A stretch of 32,000 nt of DNA, from the NCBI GenBank assembly GCA_017427415.1, contig JAFRSU010000038.1, forward strand, positions 80,717 to 112,716, written 5' to 3'. This DNA comes from Lachnospiraceae bacterium (GTDB lineage: Bacteria > Bacillota > Clostridia > Lachnospirales > Lachnospiraceae). The notes beneath the pieces are model-generated. The model searched no databases. It had not been told where the DNA came from and worked only from the letters and a program-made list of their open reading frames with translations. Numbering within the stretch: position 1 is the stretch's first letter; every line of letters starts with the position of its first letter. The position numbers and the translations under genes are program-made. Of the stretch, positions 31,053 to 32,000 are shown in pieces.

Positions 31053-32000
31053 ACTCCAAATATCTTCTTAACTATCCTTTCCGATGCATGTCCGTCATCA
31101 AGATAGCAGAATTTATCCGTAAATTCCTTATATTTATCCTTATAAGCCTCTTCAACCGTATCGATATTCTCGAGTGCGTCCAGCACCTCTTCGTTGGTCT
31201 TAAGGAGCGGTCCGGGACAGCCTGTGGTCATATCAAAATAGAAGCCTCTAAGTACTCCTGCATACTTTTCAAAGTCATAAACATAGAAAAGTATGGGACG
31301 TCTTAAGTTGGCAAAATCAAAGAATACGGATGAATAGTCCGTGATAAGGATATCCGATATCAGATACAGCTCACCGATATCGTTGTAACGGCTCTGATCC
31401 ATTACAAAATCCTTATCCTCATCCGGTATATTCAGATGGTCGGCTATGAAATAATGCGTACGGAGCACAAAGAAATATCTGTCTTTAAGCTTCTTCATCA
31501 TCTCTAAGTCAAGAGGCAGTTCAAATCTGTACTGTGCAGGTCCGTAATAATCGTCGTCGCGCCAGGTGGGCGCATAAAGTACGACCTTCTTATCTGCCGG
31601 TATACCGAGCTTCTCCTTGATCTTACGTGCTCTTTCATCCCTGTCATCACCGTATAAGAGGTCATTTCTCGGATATCCGAGCTCCAGTATTTTTTCTTCA
31701 GGATAGAGGAATGCTGTCTTAAAACACTCTGTTGAGAACCTGTTGTCGGAGAGCAGGTAATCCCATGCCCTCGACTGCTTGTATACCGTCATTTTGTACT
31801 TGGGACTGAAGGAATGTACATCCTCCATATCAAATACAAGCCTCTTCAGCGGCGTTCCGTGCCAGCACTCAAGGAATATCACACCGGGGCGCTTCTCATA
31901 CCAGGCCGGCTGTCTCATATTGTTGATCCATACGGAGCATCTTGCCACATAGTAAAAATACCTGAGTGAAAAGAGCTTTACTTCCTTATGCTTGCCGGGG
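31049..32000 (-). CDS. CDP-glycerol glycerophosphotransferase family protein (TagB/TagF type), with the N-terminus outside the window
   Basis: Motifs ECWHGTPLKRL, LYAPTWRDDDY and LITDYSSVFFDFANLRRPILFY. The frame stays open upstream of the track GTG at 31948 (PGKHKEVKLFSLRYFYYV...) as far as position 32000. Confidence 0.88.
   Translation of the reverse strand, partial: PGKHKEVKLFSLRYFYYVARCSVWINNMRQPAWYEKRPGVIFLECWHGTPLKRLVFDMEDVHSFSPKYKMTVYKQSRAWDYLLSDNRFSTECFKTAFLYPEEKILELGYPRNDLLYGDDRDERARKIKEKLGIPADKKVVLYAPTWRDDDYYGPAQYRFELPLDLEMMKKLKDRYFFVLRTHYFIADHLNIPDEDKDFVMDQSRYNDIGELYLISDILITDYSSVFFDFANLRRPILFYVYDFEKYAGVLRGFYFDMTTGCPGPLLKTNEEVLDALENIDTVEEAYKDKYKEFTDKFCYLDDGHASERIVKKIFGV

Overview
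This is a chromosomal segment that reads like a Gram-positive anaerobe (Bacillota, Clostridia or Lachnospiraceae-like). The taxon is an inference from gene content and order, not a search result. I support 28 protein genes, 27 of them on the minus strand. Two are cut by the window edges: 1..1206, which is missing from the ORF track because it has no stop in the window, and 31049..32000, which stays open upstream of the GTG the track reports.

Reading from right to left, the content is:
- a wall-teichoic-acid-type locus with three TagB/TagF-family CDP-glycerol glycerophosphotransferase paralogues and one GT-B glycosyltransferase;
- the only plus-strand gene, an SDR oxidoreductase;
- two membrane-anchored orphan proteins separated by a 5 x 14-bp tandem array;
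- a monocistronic MsmK/MalK-type sugar ABC ATPase;
- a lipoprotein;
- a PucR-type regulator followed by ftsE, ftsX, an M23 peptidase and an S41 Ctp peptidase;
- an ACT-domain protein followed by hom and lysC;
- two tandem BspA-type LRR secreted proteins;
- a tightly packed housekeeping string of aminotransferase, MetRS-like aaRS, hisC-like, queH, dgt, dnaG, sigA, trmK and a uridine-kinase-like gene.

I saw no rRNA, tRNA, CRISPR, transposase, integrase or phage genes. I did not find a convincing new multi-gene system, and most of the window is ordinary core genome.

The four items most worth a second look are:
1. A family of structured intergenic repeats (six copies or half-copies) with conserved ends ACACCTCATC/GATGAGGTGT and hairpin modules whose stems differ in sequence but keep their pairing.
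2. A divergent MetRS-like class I aaRS with KASSS where KMSKS is expected, encoded between two aminotransferases.
3. The 14-bp x 5 tandem array.
4. Several promoter-proximal repeats or palindromes that look like operator sites.

All functional calls come from motif recognition by eye. No database search was possible.
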